From a virus (taxonomy: Duplodnaviria; Caudoviricetes): 25,441 bases of DNA. Positions 15,085 through 25,268 of the stretch are shown piece by piece. The stretch spans positions 1 to 25,441 of IMG/VR virus record IMGVR_UViG_3300032303_001425, one strand, 5' to 3'. The translations under genes were made by a program, and so were the position numbers. Numbering within the stretch: position 1 is the first letter of the stretch; each line of letters starts with the position of its first letter. The notes beneath the pieces are model-generated. The model was not told the DNA's origin, did not search any database, and worked only from the letters and a program-made list of their open reading frames with translations.

Positions 15085-18000
15085 TTAGACTGCTCCTGTT
15101 CTTGCAAAGGTTTGTTGCACTAAAATGTTAGTATTTACTGTTGGTGTTGTAGTCAAAGTGTATATTGATCCTGATGTAGCTGTAAAATCTGTTCCATTAA
15201 ATTGCAATACCCCATTATTATATAGATTAAATGCATTAATGTTATAGCTAAAATTATAATTATCTTGCCCTATAACTGTAAATACATCCACATTTACTGG
15301 AGTTCCATTGGCTACTCCAAGGTTATTTGGTGTCCATTGGATTACTTCTAAATCTCCAGAAGTATTGCCTATAAAGGTAATGGTCTGATCTGATAGATTG
15401 TAATCTTGGGCATTTACTACAGTTCCATTAAGAAATAATAATTCATAGCCATCTGTTATGGTAAACCCTGAAGCTGTATAAGAACCTTGATTTGTCAAAC
15501 TGGCTGAGTTTCTAGTAAATGAAGCATATACTCCAGTTGTTCCATTTACCGACTTCATAGAAATAATGCTAATTTTATCGCCCAAAGTAGCTCCAACAGT
15601 CAAAGTAACTGTGCCAGTTGTGCCACCAGTATCGGTATATTCGCTAGGATTTAATAAACAGCCATTTTGCAATACTAAACATTGACCACTTATATACCCG
15701 GCTGATCTAGTTACTGAAAATACAGTTTGACCAGAAGTGGCTGTAAATTGCTGTTTTGTGTAATAGAAATCATCTGGGGTTTCAAAACCTACAACTCGAC
15801 CATAAATGTCAATGGTTAAAGTAGCCACAGAAGAAGTTTTAGTATATGCCCCACCAAAATCTAGATATTCTTGCAAACCAGCAACAATATTGCCATCAGC
15901 ATTATTATAAATTTTAACTTGCCCAGTACCTACAGATGTAGTTCCTGTAGTAGTTAATTGACCAGTTCTTGCATCAAGATTGATATTGTTAGTGCCATCA
16001 GGCAAACCATTCCAAATGGAAGGATCATATACAAGAGTTTGCGTAGGAACAAAAGCGGCAGTTCCAGCCGCATAATCAGCAAAGCCAGTAGCAAAACTAA
16101 ATTTGCGACCAGTTCTATTGGTAAACAATAAAAAGACATTTGTGCCAAAAGCTGTAGGAGCTAGATACCATGTGTAATCTGCTGGGTCTGTGCTGACATC
16201 TGTATTGGCTGTATTGTGCAAACCATAATAAGTTTTGTTTCTAGGATTAAGGCTAAATCCTGTTCCAGTAATGCTTGTTGCATAAGCCACATTTAGGTTT
16301 TGCAAAGAATACTGAAATGTAGTTGGTCGCCATAAAAATAAATCGCTATGGGGACTGTAAGCAGAAGAAGCCAAACTATTAACCATTCTGCTGAAGAAAT
16401 ACCAATCTCCAGATGGAATATTGGTCAATGTAATATTTGGCAATACAAAGTTAGTAGTCCAAGGTGTGCCATTAGATTGCACTTCACTTGTGCCAGCAAA
16501 ATACATTTGTTCTTGTAAAGGATTAGCAAAGGCTGAATACCATACTTCAGCATACTGAGTAATGCCAGATGGTGCAGTTGTTACTTGCACTACAAAAGAT
16601 GGATTGGTAGCAGTTGGATATTGAGCAGTAATAACTGGCTTTTCTAAAACCCCAAAAAATGTAGGATCGCCAATACCAGTATTAGGTGCTGGAGTAAACT
16701 GAGTAATGCTTGTGTCATCATAAATTTCAGAATTAAATTCCATTAATGTAAGTTGGCAAACAATAGAACCATCTTCATTAAACTGGTCAATTACTTTATT
16801 AATTCTGTATGGCTTTGCTACCCATCCATAATTGGCATTGGTAACAGTAACAATATCACCAGCTTCTAATTGAATGCCTACAAAATTAGTGCTAACTTGT
16901 ATTTGTAAATCTTCCCTAGCCGCTTTTAATATTCTATTAGCTACTATTTGTGCTTGAACATTATTATTAACTAATGGCAAGCTAATACTTACTTTATTAA
17001 CTGGTTCATTTGGAAATAATAGTGCTGGGTCTATTTCTGCTAAATCTAAAGTAGTTGTACTAAATGCATCTTGATTTGTATTTTCAGTAAACTTTGCTTC
17101 TACTACATTATAAGAACCAGCTAAATCTATTGGAGTAATTTGAATAGCAGAAATCATATTGCTATCATTAATATCCATAGCTACTGTATAAGTAGGCTTA
17201 TTTACTATTACTCCCCATTTTGCAGTTATTTCATTATATTTAATAAGACAATCACAACAAGAACTCATATCTTGCAGATTATCCATAATAGTTCTAGCAG
17301 TATCTACAATTCCATTAAACTTAAATCTAGCTTGGGTTGCTGATCCACCACTATAAGGGGTAAATGTAATAACTTCATTTGAATAAGCAGTTAAAGCATC
17401 AAGGCTTACAGTATCAATTTGATTAGATGGTAATGAAGCACCATATCGAGTATTGATTAAATAATCATAAATACAATCACCAGTATTAGTTCTGCTATTA
17501 GTTACTTGGAATCTAGTTTGTTCTACACCCCTAATATTGGCAGATTGACTATATGAAAGATGCAAAATGGCAAAAGCACAATTACTCATTAGCTTGGTAT
17601 TATCCCAAGTATAAACAAGCCCACTAGCTTGTAATACTTCTATTGCAGTATAAGGTGAATTAGTTGGATTATCTGAACCATTGGAATAAAGATAAAACTC
17701 AATTCTTCCATTAACTGTTGTATCTTCTACACCAGTAGATTCATCTATAAGTTTGGCTACTGTGTAACCATTTCCTTGAAACACTACTTTTTTGCCACCA
17801 TAATATATATCACCAAATGATATAGTATCTGGTGTTTGCCCACTATTGGTATTGGTTACTTCTGAAAGAGAAAGAACATAATAAAGCTGTTGATTATCTT
17901 CTGAAATAGTAAGATCAGTAATAATGCCACCTACCCATGCAGTTCCATAGACCACAGGAAGTTTATTGTTTGTAGCTGGGGCTACTTGTTGGCGATTGCC

Positions 18001-18174
18001 CGGATCAGGTGTAGTAGAAGAACCACCTAATCCAGCATCGGGTTGGCTTTGATTGGCAAAAGCCCTAGTTGCAATAGCAGAAGCAACCATTGTAATTGCC
18101 ATAGCAACAATAGCAGAAGCACCAACTTCTACAGCTACAGCATAAACAGCAAGGGCTATAATACTACTTGGCAT
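15085..18174 (-). CDS. Tail tip / host-specificity (lambda J-like) protein
   Basis: 1029 aa; NKLPVVYG, DYLINTRYGA, RFKFNGIVDT, LEAGDIVTVT, an FnIII-like segment and repeated C-terminal beta domains; located after the tape measure and hub genes. Confidence 0.85.
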   Translation of the reverse strand: MPSSIIALAVYAVAVEVGASAIVAMAITMVASAIATRAFANQSQPDAGLGGSSTTPDPGNRQQVAPATNNKLPVVYGTAWVGGIITDLTISEDNQQLYYVLSLSEVTNTNSGQTPDTISFGDIYYGGKKVVFQGNGYTVAKLIDESTGVEDTTVNGRIEFYLYSNGSDNPTNSPYTAIEVLQASGLVYTWDNTKLMSNCAFAILHLSYSQSANIRGVEQTRFQVTNSRTNTGDCIYDYLINTRYGASLPSNQIDTVSLDALTAYSNEVITFTPYSGGSATQARFKFNGIVDTARTIMDNLQDMSSCCDCLIKYNEITAKWGVIVNKPTYTVAMDINDSNMISAIQITPIDLAGSYNVVEAKFTENTNQDAFSTTTLDLAEIDPALLFPNEPVNKVSISLPLVNNNVQAQIVANRILKAAREDLQIQVSTNFVGIQLEAGDIVTVTNANYGWVAKPYRINKVIDQFNEDGSIVCQLTLMEFNSEIYDDTSITQFTPAPNTGIGDPTFFGVLEKPVITAQYPTATNPSFVVQVTTAPSGITQYAEVWYSAFANPLQEQMYFAGTSEVQSNGTPWTTNFVLPNITLTNIPSGDWYFFSRMVNSLASSAYSPHSDLFLWRPTTFQYSLQNLNVAYATSITGTGFSLNPRNKTYYGLHNTANTDVSTDPADYTWYLAPTAFGTNVFLLFTNRTGRKFSFATGFADYAAGTAAFVPTQTLVYDPSIWNGLPDGTNNINLDARTGQLTTTGTTSVGTGQVKIYNNADGNIVAGLQEYLDFGGAYTKTSSVATLTIDIYGRVVGFETPDDFYYTKQQFTATSGQTVFSVTRSAGYISGQCLVLQNGCLLNPSEYTDTGGTTGTVTLTVGATLGDKISIISMKSVNGTTGVYASFTRNSASLTNQGSYTASGFTITDGYELLFLNGTVVNAQDYNLSDQTITFIGNTSGDLEVIQWTPNNLGVANGTPVNVDVFTVIGQDNYNFSYNINAFNLYNNGVLQFNGTDFTATSGSIYTLTTTPTVNTNILVQQTFARTGAV

Positions 18175-18608
18175 TATTGAATCCAGTTTTCATCTTTTAT
18201 CCTAAAACCAAACTTTTCATATTTTAAGTCTGGGCTTGTGTCCATTTTGCTAATTGTAAAAAATTTAATTCTTCCTTCTTCTTTTAACTTCTTGCCATAG
18301 AGCAAATAACTTACAAAAAGCCTATATCCAATTGTTGTATTTCTCTGCTCTGGCTTTACATACCAAGCCAATTCATGCATAGAAAAAGTTTTATTACACC
18401 AAACAGTAGGACTAATAATTGCCATTAATAATCCTTTGCCTTCTTCTAAAAATACTACTCCACTACCAGCCAAAATAGAATCTAGCATTTGATTCCAATA
18501 TGGCTCATTATCTACATTTTTAAATTCTGGCAAATCTGCTTCTTGCCGAAACAATTTCATCATTTCGATAATATCTGTTTTATCATATTTTGTGGCTTGT
18601 CTAATCAT
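18174..18608 (-). CDS. GNAT-family acetyltransferase-like protein
   Basis: MIRQAT..D, HELAWYVKPEQRNTTIGYRL (motif A-like), YEKFGF. Confidence 0.75.
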   Translation of the reverse strand: MIRQATKYDKTDIIEMMKLFRQEADLPEFKNVDNEPYWNQMLDSILAGSGVVFLEEGKGLLMAIISPTVWCNKTFSMHELAWYVKPEQRNTTIGYRLFVSYLLYGKKLKEEGRIKFFTISKMDTSPDLKYEKFGFRIKDENWIQ

Positions 18609-19210
18609 GAGTTTGGTGATGCACCCTTACCAAAGTAATAATTAATAGTGGAAATAAATGCTACTCGATTCATGCTAGTATCGCCAGAATTAAAGAACTG
18701 CCAGCTATTATCATTGGTATATCTACCAGCAATTCGGTTTTTTAAAATAATCTGAATTGATGAAGCATTAACAGTAATTAATCCTACATATTCCCTTACT
18801 TCTTCCATCCATTGTTCTTGAATGGCAAAACTACTAATATATCCATTAAAAAATTGATATAAACCACCTTGACCACCAGTAGTAATCAAAGCACCATCAG
18901 TATTAAAAAATCCTTTCCATGCTTCAATCTGGCAACCTTTTACATTTTGCCCTAGCACCCAACCCAGCATAGCAGTATCAATACCCACTAAAGTAAATGA
19001 AGTTTCATTAGCTGTAGATTTAATATCTCTTTGAGTATCGCCTACTTTTACTAAAGTTCCTAAAGCACTAAATGGCTGGTTATCAACTGCTGGAATAGTT
19101 AAAGCAGATGGAGTAGTAGCAAACCGATAAGTATCAGTTGGAGTAGTAATCCTAACAAAATCGGCATACCGAATATTATTAGTGTTATCTACTGGCTCTA
19201 TTACATTCAT
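18605..19210 (-). CDS. Minor tail / baseplate hub protein
   Basis: Position between the distal-tail-like and J-like genes; F.ALG.L..VG, FFNGYISSF, RYTND.SWQ.F..GD.SM..V pattern. Confidence 0.65.
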   Translation of the reverse strand: MNVIEPVDNTNNIRYADFVRITTPTDTYRFATTPSALTIPAVDNQPFSALGTLVKVGDTQRDIKSTANETSFTLVGIDTAMLGWVLGQNVKGCQIEAWKGFFNTDGALITTGGQGGLYQFFNGYISSFAIQEQWMEEVREYVGLITVNASSIQIILKNRIAGRYTNDNSWQFFNSGDTSMNRVAFISTINYYFGKGASPNS

Positions 19211-19896
19211 AGGACACTTTCAAATGCTTTAAATGATCCAGACCATTGAATAAATGAATCATCAGTCATTGGCACTAAAGTATAAGTAGGGTAATCCCTT
19301 AGAACTACTTGAAAAGTTGTTCCTGTATAAGTTGTTCCACCCATACTTACTGTTGTTCCATATTGCCCAATAACAGCATTAACCGGGCTTACCAAAGTAG
19401 TAATTAAATTGCGATGAACTGGAATAGTAACAGTAGAACCAGAGCCACGCAAAACATCAGCAGTTGCGATATATGCATATAAACCTACCTGACAAAAATC
19501 ACCAGCACGAACTACATATTTATTGGCTGGCATATCTGTATTGTTTGGCAAATTGCCTAATACTAGATTTTTATTGGCTGAACTGGTTTGCCATTGTGAA
19601 GTAGAAATTTGTCCAGATGTCATTTCACCTTGATAATAAATATAGTTTTCCCAGCCAGTAGCACTAAAGTTTAAATATTGAGTTAAAGATTTATCTGGAA
19701 TTCGCAAAGAATTAAGCAGACTTCTGTTTTTACTATAAAGCAAATAGTTCATTGGCTTCATTTCAAAAGCAAAAGGAACTACTGTCAATATTTCAGAAGT
19801 AGAAATCTTTTGATTTCGGCTTACAACTTGACCTACAAACCTTTGGTCATTGATGCCAACAGTTTCAGAAATAGCAAGAATATTAGTTAAGCTCAT
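19207..19896 (-). CDS. Distal tail (Dit-like) minor tail protein
   Basis: Immediately downstream of the tape measure; VVRAGDFCQVG; C-terminal F.AFESVL. Confidence 0.6.
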   Translation of the reverse strand: MSLTNILAISETVGINDQRFVGQVVSRNQKISTSEILTVVPFAFEMKPMNYLLYSKNRSLLNSLRIPDKSLTQYLNFSATGWENYIYYQGEMTSGQISTSQWQTSSANKNLVLGNLPNNTDMPANKYVVRAGDFCQVGLYAYIATADVLRGSGSTVTIPVHRNLITTLVSPVNAVIGQYGTTVSMGGTTYTGTTFQVVLRDYPTYTLVPMTDDSFIQWSGSFKAFESVL

Positions 19897-19898
19897 AA

Positions 19899-21743
19899 TT
19901 ACCTACTTGTTGGAATAGACCTAGCGGCACTTTGATTGGCAGAGTAAACACCCATTTTATTTTTAGCAAGGAACTGCAAAGCAGACTGTGTATCAATGGC
20001 TTGCATATTTTGAATAACTGTACCATTGTAAGTTACACCATTGTTGCCCCCCATCATGCTTGATAATTGGTTATTAGGAATAATTGTGCCAGCAGTTTTT
20101 GGAACAAACATTTCCGGACCATTTTCGCCTACCAAAGATGGAACATTAACTGGGGGATCGCCACCATCAGCAAATGCCGGACCAACATAAGAAGTTACTG
20201 CACTTACTTCTGTTGCTCCACCGCCAAATAAATTTCCAAACAAACCACCGCCCCCAGCACCACCAAACATGGAACTAACACCTTGCATCATAGCCATTCT
20301 AAGCTGAATCTTTAGTAAATCTTTTACAATGCTAGTAGCTAAATCGCTAAATGACAATTTGCCTGTATCTACAAATTTATCAATTGCAGAACTCATATTG
20401 CCAGTAAAACTATTAAACATATCTGTTGCTAATTTGCCATAGTTGCCAGCATCTTCAGCATATTGAGCAAATGCTTTGTTCCAACCATATTCAAATGTTC
20501 TTTGCTCTGCAATAGCGGCTTCTTCTCTTGCTTTAGCGGCTTTTACAAATGCATCACTAAGCTCTTGCACCTTGGCAATCTGTCTATCATATTCATCTAA
20601 AACTTTTTGGGTAGCATCACGACCAGCCGCTTCTTCTCGCCTTTTGGTAATGTCATCAATTTTTCTACTGGTCGAATCTAATACTTGATTAACAGTTTCT
20701 TGAATTTTTCTTTCATCATTAGTCATACCAGCCATTTTGATTCTGGTATCTAATTGCTGTAATGCAAATTTTTGCTGTCTTTCATATTCGACTGAAATTA
20801 ACTTTGCCATTTCAAGCATAGTTTTTTCTTTATCGGCTATAGTCTTTTCTTTTTCCGATAATTTGTCATACTTTGTGCCTTCTAATAAAGGCTTTGGTGT
20901 TTCTTTTTTCTTAGGTGTTCCAGCACCTTTAAATTCTGTTCCTTCACCCATTGGGTTATTGGGATCAAAATTGATTGAACCACCCTGATTTTTAAATTCT
21001 TCATATTGATCTTTAAGGGTAGTTAAATAATTAACAATGGCAGTTAATGGTTGAATTAGCTTAACCATAAAGTAATAAGTATTACTTACACCTTTTTGTA
21101 TATTATCCCAAGCATCACCAGCATCCCTTATAGCCATTGCTAACTCTGGGTCTGCAATCTTTTTATATTGCTCTGTATATTTTTCCCAATCAATACCTTT
21201 AGCGGCTTTGCCCAAAAGCTCTACTGCTTTAGCATTTCTTAAAATTGGGTCTTCAATAGCTCCAAGTTGTTCTGCAACTCTTTGCATTAATTGTTCTGGG
21301 TTTAGCTTTTGAACTTCTGCGGCAGTTATACCAACTTGCTTAAAAGCATCCCTGAGCTTGTCGCTACCATCCCTTGCTTCTTGTGTATTGACGGCTAATT
21401 TGGTAAGCATTACACCTAAGTTTTCGGCTTTGCCACCTGACATTTCTAGGGCTTTGCCCATGCCAACAATAGCACCTATGCTAGTGTCAAATGCATCTGC
21501 CATGTCCGATATAGCATCGGCTTTTTCAAATATCTTATAAAGCCCAGCCATAGCAAGACCAACACCAAGACCAACTTTGCCCATAGTTGCACCAAATTCT
21601 GATGCGGCATTCTGAGCATTTTTAAAAGCCTTCTTTTGGTTGGCTTCAAACTGTTTGGTGTTTTTGGTGGCATCTTCTAAACCAGCCTTAAATTCAGAAG
21701 AATCTAAAGCTAGTTTGACACCCAATCTTGCTAGTATTGACAT
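19899..21743 (-). CDS. Tail tape measure protein (lambda H-like)
   Basis: LGVKLALDSSEFKAGL N-terminus, Ala/Lys-rich helices, GW.KAF.QY, FVDTGKLSFSDLA.SI..DL, FADGG...LVGENGPEMFVP..AGTIIPN. Confidence 0.92.
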   Translation of the reverse strand: MSILARLGVKLALDSSEFKAGLEDATKNTKQFEANQKKAFKNAQNAASEFGATMGKVGLGVGLAMAGLYKIFEKADAISDMADAFDTSIGAIVGMGKALEMSGGKAENLGVMLTKLAVNTQEARDGSDKLRDAFKQVGITAAEVQKLNPEQLMQRVAEQLGAIEDPILRNAKAVELLGKAAKGIDWEKYTEQYKKIADPELAMAIRDAGDAWDNIQKGVSNTYYFMVKLIQPLTAIVNYLTTLKDQYEEFKNQGGSINFDPNNPMGEGTEFKGAGTPKKKETPKPLLEGTKYDKLSEKEKTIADKEKTMLEMAKLISVEYERQQKFALQQLDTRIKMAGMTNDERKIQETVNQVLDSTSRKIDDITKRREEAAGRDATQKVLDEYDRQIAKVQELSDAFVKAAKAREEAAIAEQRTFEYGWNKAFAQYAEDAGNYGKLATDMFNSFTGNMSSAIDKFVDTGKLSFSDLATSIVKDLLKIQLRMAMMQGVSSMFGGAGGGGLFGNLFGGGATEVSAVTSYVGPAFADGGDPPVNVPSLVGENGPEMFVPKTAGTIIPNNQLSSMMGGNNGVTYNGTVIQNMQAIDTQSALQFLAKNKMGVYSANQSAARSIPTSR

Positions 21744-22058
21744 TTACCCACCTTTAAATCTTTTAGGATCGAAACCTTTTGCCCTAGTAACAAACATAGA
21801 CAGGGCTTCATTTACTGCTTCTTTACTGTCTTGTGGTGGATAAAGATACTCATAAAATCGCTTACCTATTACTTCTTGTAGCTTGTAAGCTGGCTTATTC
21901 GGTTCTCTAATGTAATTATATACTCCTGTGGTTAAACTGCCAATGGTTTCAACAACTCCATGATTGCCAATTTGACCATCTGCATACATAACTACAATTT
22001 GCCTAAAAACATCTTCATCTAATTCATCTGGGTTCGCCCCATGAGCCAGCATATACAT
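21744..22058 (-). CDS. Tail assembly chaperone, gpT-like part (probably made as a frameshift fusion)
   Basis: Immediately upstream of the tape measure; its frame stays open back to the slippery site at 22088-22094. Confidence 0.75.
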   Translation of the reverse strand: MYMLAHGANPDELDEDVFRQIVVMYADGQIGNHGVVETIGSLTTGVYNYIREPNKPAYKLQEVIGKRFYEYLYPPQDSKEAVNEALSMFVTRAKGFDPKRFKGG

Positions 22059-22084
22059 CTTAGCTTGCTGACGAATGGAGCTAA

Positions 22085-22561
22085 TTAGTTTTTTCTTATT
22101 TCCTCATAGCTAGGGCTAATTACTTCTGCAATTTTTCTAACCAAATCATATTGAACTGGCTTTGGAAAGTCCTCTGAAATTTCTTCATAAGTAACATCTG
22201 TAAGGGTTTCCCCATTAGGAAGCACTAACAATTTAAAAGATTCCACAATCCTAATTTCACTACCAGCCTGAGCTTCTGCAAGTTTACGCAAAGAAGTTTC
22301 GCCCATCATGACATCATTTTCTAAGAATTGGATGTCTGCATCAGAATTTTCAACTTCTTCTTTTCTAGCCAAAATGCCCTTAGTTAATTCCACATACTTT
22401 TCTTCTACCAGTTCTGGTGGTGGAGCTTCAGACTTTTTAAATATTTCTTCTGCTTCTTTGGTTTTAGGAATTCGCACTTTAAACTCTTGACCTTTAAAGT
22501 CAAAAGTCCTAACTCGAATAGCATCTAAATTGATCTTTAATGACTTTGCTAATCTGCTCAT
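22085..22561 (-). CDS. Tail assembly chaperone (gpG-like)
   Basis: Position; ends ...AGA AAA AAC TAA, containing a slippery heptamer. Confidence 0.75.
   Translation of the reverse strand: MSRLAKSLKINLDAIRVRTFDFKGQEFKVRIPKTKEAEEIFKKSEAPPPELVEEKYVELTKGILARKEEVENSDADIQFLENDVMMGETSLRKLAEAQAGSEIRIVESFKLLVLPNGETLTDVTYEEISEDFPKPVQYDLVRKIAEVISPSYEEIRKN
22088..22094 (-). other. Programmed -1 ribosomal frameshift site A AAA AAC
   Basis: The -1 frame reads L I S S I R Q Q A K M Y M L A H..., in frame with ORF 21744..22058. Confidence 0.8.
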
Positions 22562-22564
22562 GTT

Positions 22565-23026
22565 TTATACCTTTTTTGATTTATATTGTTGAATTTTGTA
22601 TGTAAGAAAAGTTCCTAAAATATTAATTACTCTAGTTGCCTGAGATTCTAAAGCCGGTCTAAGATAAGGCTGTGGAGCAACAGCTTTGTTGCCAAACTCT
22701 TGTGAAATGCCCCTTTTATCTGTTCTGGCTGACACTATGCCAATAGCTATATCATTTGGCTCTGAATAGATTGATCTTTGATCTCTAGCATTGGGAACTC
22801 TGGCATTGAGCTTTAGAGTATCCCTTAAGTGAGGTGTAGTGGTATTGCTTTCATCATAAGGGGCTAACTGTCTGGCAGTCTGTAGAACTGGTTGCATAGC
22901 TGTTCTAATGGCTGGCAAAAGCACTTTGTTGGCTGTTTTGCCATAACAAAGATCATCGCCCATTTCTATTAAAACGGCTTCTAGTTCTTTAAACCCATCG
23001 AATGTAGCTGAAATAATTTCAGCCAT
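22565..23026 (-). CDS. HK97 gp10-like tail component
   Basis: FDGFKELE..L, A.QLAP, HLRDTL, QEFGN...APQPYLRPALES. Confidence 0.85.
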   Translation of the reverse strand: MAEIISATFDGFKELEAVLIEMGDDLCYGKTANKVLLPAIRTAMQPVLQTARQLAPYDESNTTTPHLRDTLKLNARVPNARDQRSIYSEPNDIAIGIVSARTDKRGISQEFGNKAVAPQPYLRPALESQATRVINILGTFLTYKIQQYKSKKV

Positions 23027-23027
23027 G

Positions 23028-23255
23028 TTATTCCACCGCTTTAATTAGCTTATGGAAAATAGCATTGTTTAATCTACCAACATAATCTACCACTTCTTCT
23101 GGTGATAGCTTGTCTGCATGATATTTGGCTATTTCATAAGCCATGTTAATTCCAGCAATACGCTGTTGCTTAAACCCAAACCAATTCTTGTTGTCTGAAT
23201 TGGCTTGGGAAATAATGAAGTTTAATAAATCTTGTGATCCATTTTGTACTGTCAT
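23028..23255 (-). CDS. Hypothetical protein in the tail module
   Basis: 75-aa ORF tightly filling the gap between the tail tube and gp10-like genes. Confidence 0.7.
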   Translation of the reverse strand: MTVQNGSQDLLNFIISQANSDNKNWFGFKQQRIAGINMAYEIAKYHADKLSPEEVVDYVGRLNNAIFHKLIKAVE

Positions 23256-23266
23256 ATATTTTTCTA

Positions 23267-23791
23267 TTAAGTATTGTTAGACCAGCCATAAGAGTTGCCG
23301 CCAGTTGGATGAATGGTAAACATAAACTTACCTTCAGCAGATGGGGACATATCCCATTGCAAACCACCAACACGACCATTAAACGCATAAGCTACTGTAT
23401 CTGTGCCATCATAAACAGCGATTACATAGGTACGGATAGTAGTGCCATTGTAACCATCATCACGAACTTGCAATTGAGCCGCATTTGCTGGATTCCATGC
23501 AGATGTAATTGTCAATGAAGTAACTTGATTTTGAGTTGTGATCTTAGCACCAGTTCTAGCACCAGCGATAGAGTAAGCGGCAAATGCATCATCAGAACCG
23601 AAAGCTGGGATAGCTTCTACTGGAACTAGATAACCTTCTGTGCCTGTTCCACCAGCAGAAGTACCAACAATATCTGCAACTTGACCTGTCCAAGTGCTTA
23701 ACTGGTCATCAGTTAAAGCTACTGGGGTTGGATCAGCTTGCATCCATAGGGTTGCCACATAACCGGGCAATACTTTATTAATAAGAGCCAT
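23267..23791 (-). CDS. Major tail tube protein
   Basis: 174 aa, beta-rich, acidic; IPAFG, SLTITSAWNP, YAFNGRV; GAGG SD; follows the tail terminator. Confidence 0.75.
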   Translation of the reverse strand: MALINKVLPGYVATLWMQADPTPVALTDDQLSTWTGQVADIVGTSAGGTGTEGYLVPVEAIPAFGSDDAFAAYSIAGARTGAKITTQNQVTSLTITSAWNPANAAQLQVRDDGYNGTTIRTYVIAVYDGTDTVAYAFNGRVGGLQWDMSPSAEGKFMFTIHPTGGNSYGWSNNT

Positions 23792-23830
23792 TTTGAACCT
23801 CGTTAAAATTAGTTAATAAATTCTATCTTA

Positions 23831-24253
23831 TTAAGTTGGTACATACAGAGTGCAATCCATAATAATCTGTTGCATTCCAATTTCATTATCATAAGTATTA
23901 TAAAGCCATATTACATCTGCTTTGGCAATAAAAAAACCATTATCCATAGGATCGCCAAACATTCCAGAATAACCATGAAGTGATTGTAATATTGTATTAG
24001 AAATATTAAAAGCACCTTCTAGTCCTGTATTAAATACAGACATCTGAAATACTGGGGTATCAATACCTTTATTGTTCTTTTGTTGCCCTGTATATACAGG
24101 CTGATGTACATTTCTTAATTGCCATGTAACAAATTCGGTCTGTTTAGCCCAATTTCTATTGAAATTAGCATATACAGGCACAGGAGATAATATGCTATTT
24201 AGCTGATACTGAATAGCTTGTGCATAAACAACAGGATTTTGTTTGGTACTCAT
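23831..24253 (-). CDS. Tail terminator / completion protein (DUF3168-like)
   Basis: PVPVY...FVTWQ...PVFQMSVF...I.QSLHGYSG; position before the tail tube. Confidence 0.7.
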   Translation of the reverse strand: MSTKQNPVVYAQAIQYQLNSILSPVPVYANFNRNWAKQTEFVTWQLRNVHQPVYTGQQKNNKGIDTPVFQMSVFNTGLEGAFNISNTILQSLHGYSGMFGDPMDNGFFIAKADVIWLYNTYDNEIGMQQIIMDCTLYVPT

Positions 24254-24594
24254 ACTGGGGTATTTGGATCATTTCTGTAGCATAAAAGGGTAACATTCAT
24301 CCTATCATTGGATTCACGCACATCAGTAATTCGCCAATCAAATCCTCGCCAAGTAATACTGTATAAATCTTGATTATCTACAATAGCTTTTTGATTAGGG
24401 GTATAGTTAAAAGTAAAATTAACTAAATCGCTATAAACCCGATATTTATCAGCAATCCTTACACTATTGGCTACATCAGCTACTCTAGCCCTTGTTTTAA
24501 ACCATTCGGCTATAGTTGTGGTTTGTTCACCATAAGTATTAACACTATTGGTAACATTATTAATGGTTACATTTTCATATCGAGCAATCGACAT
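24250..24594 (-). CDS. Head closure / head-tail adaptor (SPP1 gp16-like)
   Basis: VTI.N.T...NTYGE......WF.TRA.V, ITWRG.DWRITDV......VTLLC. Confidence 0.8.
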   Translation of the reverse strand: MSIARYENVTINNVTNSVNTYGEQTTTIAEWFKTRARVADVANSVRIADKYRVYSDLVNFTFNYTPNQKAIVDNQDLYSITWRGFDWRITDVRESNDRMNVTLLCYRNDPNTPV

Positions 24595-25260
24595 TTATAG
24601 CACCAAAGGTTTATAAAGTCTTAAAAGAGAAGTAACCCCAAATGGAATATCATGCATTACAGCCGCATTGGAATTACTGCGATTATTATATAAATGGGTT
24701 AAAAGCAATAATCCAGCTTGTTTAATAACAGGATACTGGGCTATTGGGTTGGCTTTGGTCTGCCAAGTAATCACAATAGGGTTTGTTACTACTGTGCTAA
24801 TGTCATTAGGCATAGTATTTACAACAACCTTATTTCCTGTTGGATCATAGAAATATTGTGTAGGGGCTAGGGTTGTTAATACTGGTGGAATGTCTAAATT
24901 GTAGTAAGCAACCGAATTAATGACTGTTCCAGCCTGATTATTAAAGTTTTGAGATACTTCTGGCAGATCAAAGGCTGTCTGCATCCCCATAGAATTGTTT
25001 GTAGCCCCATAGTAGGCTTTATAAGTGATGGGGAATATGGACATACCAAGATAGTCCTCAATCGCCATACGCACAGCCAATTCAAGCCCAGACAGATATG
25101 CATCTTGGCTTTCATCTTGAAAAAGGTTTAGCTGTTGGGTAATTTCTTCCAAAGTTAGCCATGATGTAACTGTATCACGACTAATTTGTTCTACTTTTTC
25201 ATAGCTATAAGGATTCCTTGGCAATCCATAATATGAGCCACTTGTAAGAGTGCTAGACAT
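24595..25260 (-). CDS. Head-tail connector (gp6/gp15-like)
   Basis: LTLEEI..QL, D.YL..L..A....IEDYLG, IKQAGLLLLTHLYNNR, IPFGVTSLL..YK. Confidence 0.88.
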   Translation of the reverse strand: MSSTLTSGSYYGLPRNPYSYEKVEQISRDTVTSWLTLEEITQQLNLFQDESQDAYLSGLELAVRMAIEDYLGMSIFPITYKAYYGATNNSMGMQTAFDLPEVSQNFNNQAGTVINSVAYYNLDIPPVLTTLAPTQYFYDPTGNKVVVNTMPNDISTVVTNPIVITWQTKANPIAQYPVIKQAGLLLLTHLYNNRSNSNAAVMHDIPFGVTSLLRLYKPLVL

Positions 25261-25268
25261 TTTTAACC

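Noticed and set aside
823-25131. Other short antisense or overlapping ORFs (e.g. 823..1029, 2129..2341, 14462..14815, 20476..20988, 23234..23518, 24668..25131)
   Set aside because: They overlap better-supported genes or micro-ORFs, mostly on the opposite strand, and lack recognisable motifs.
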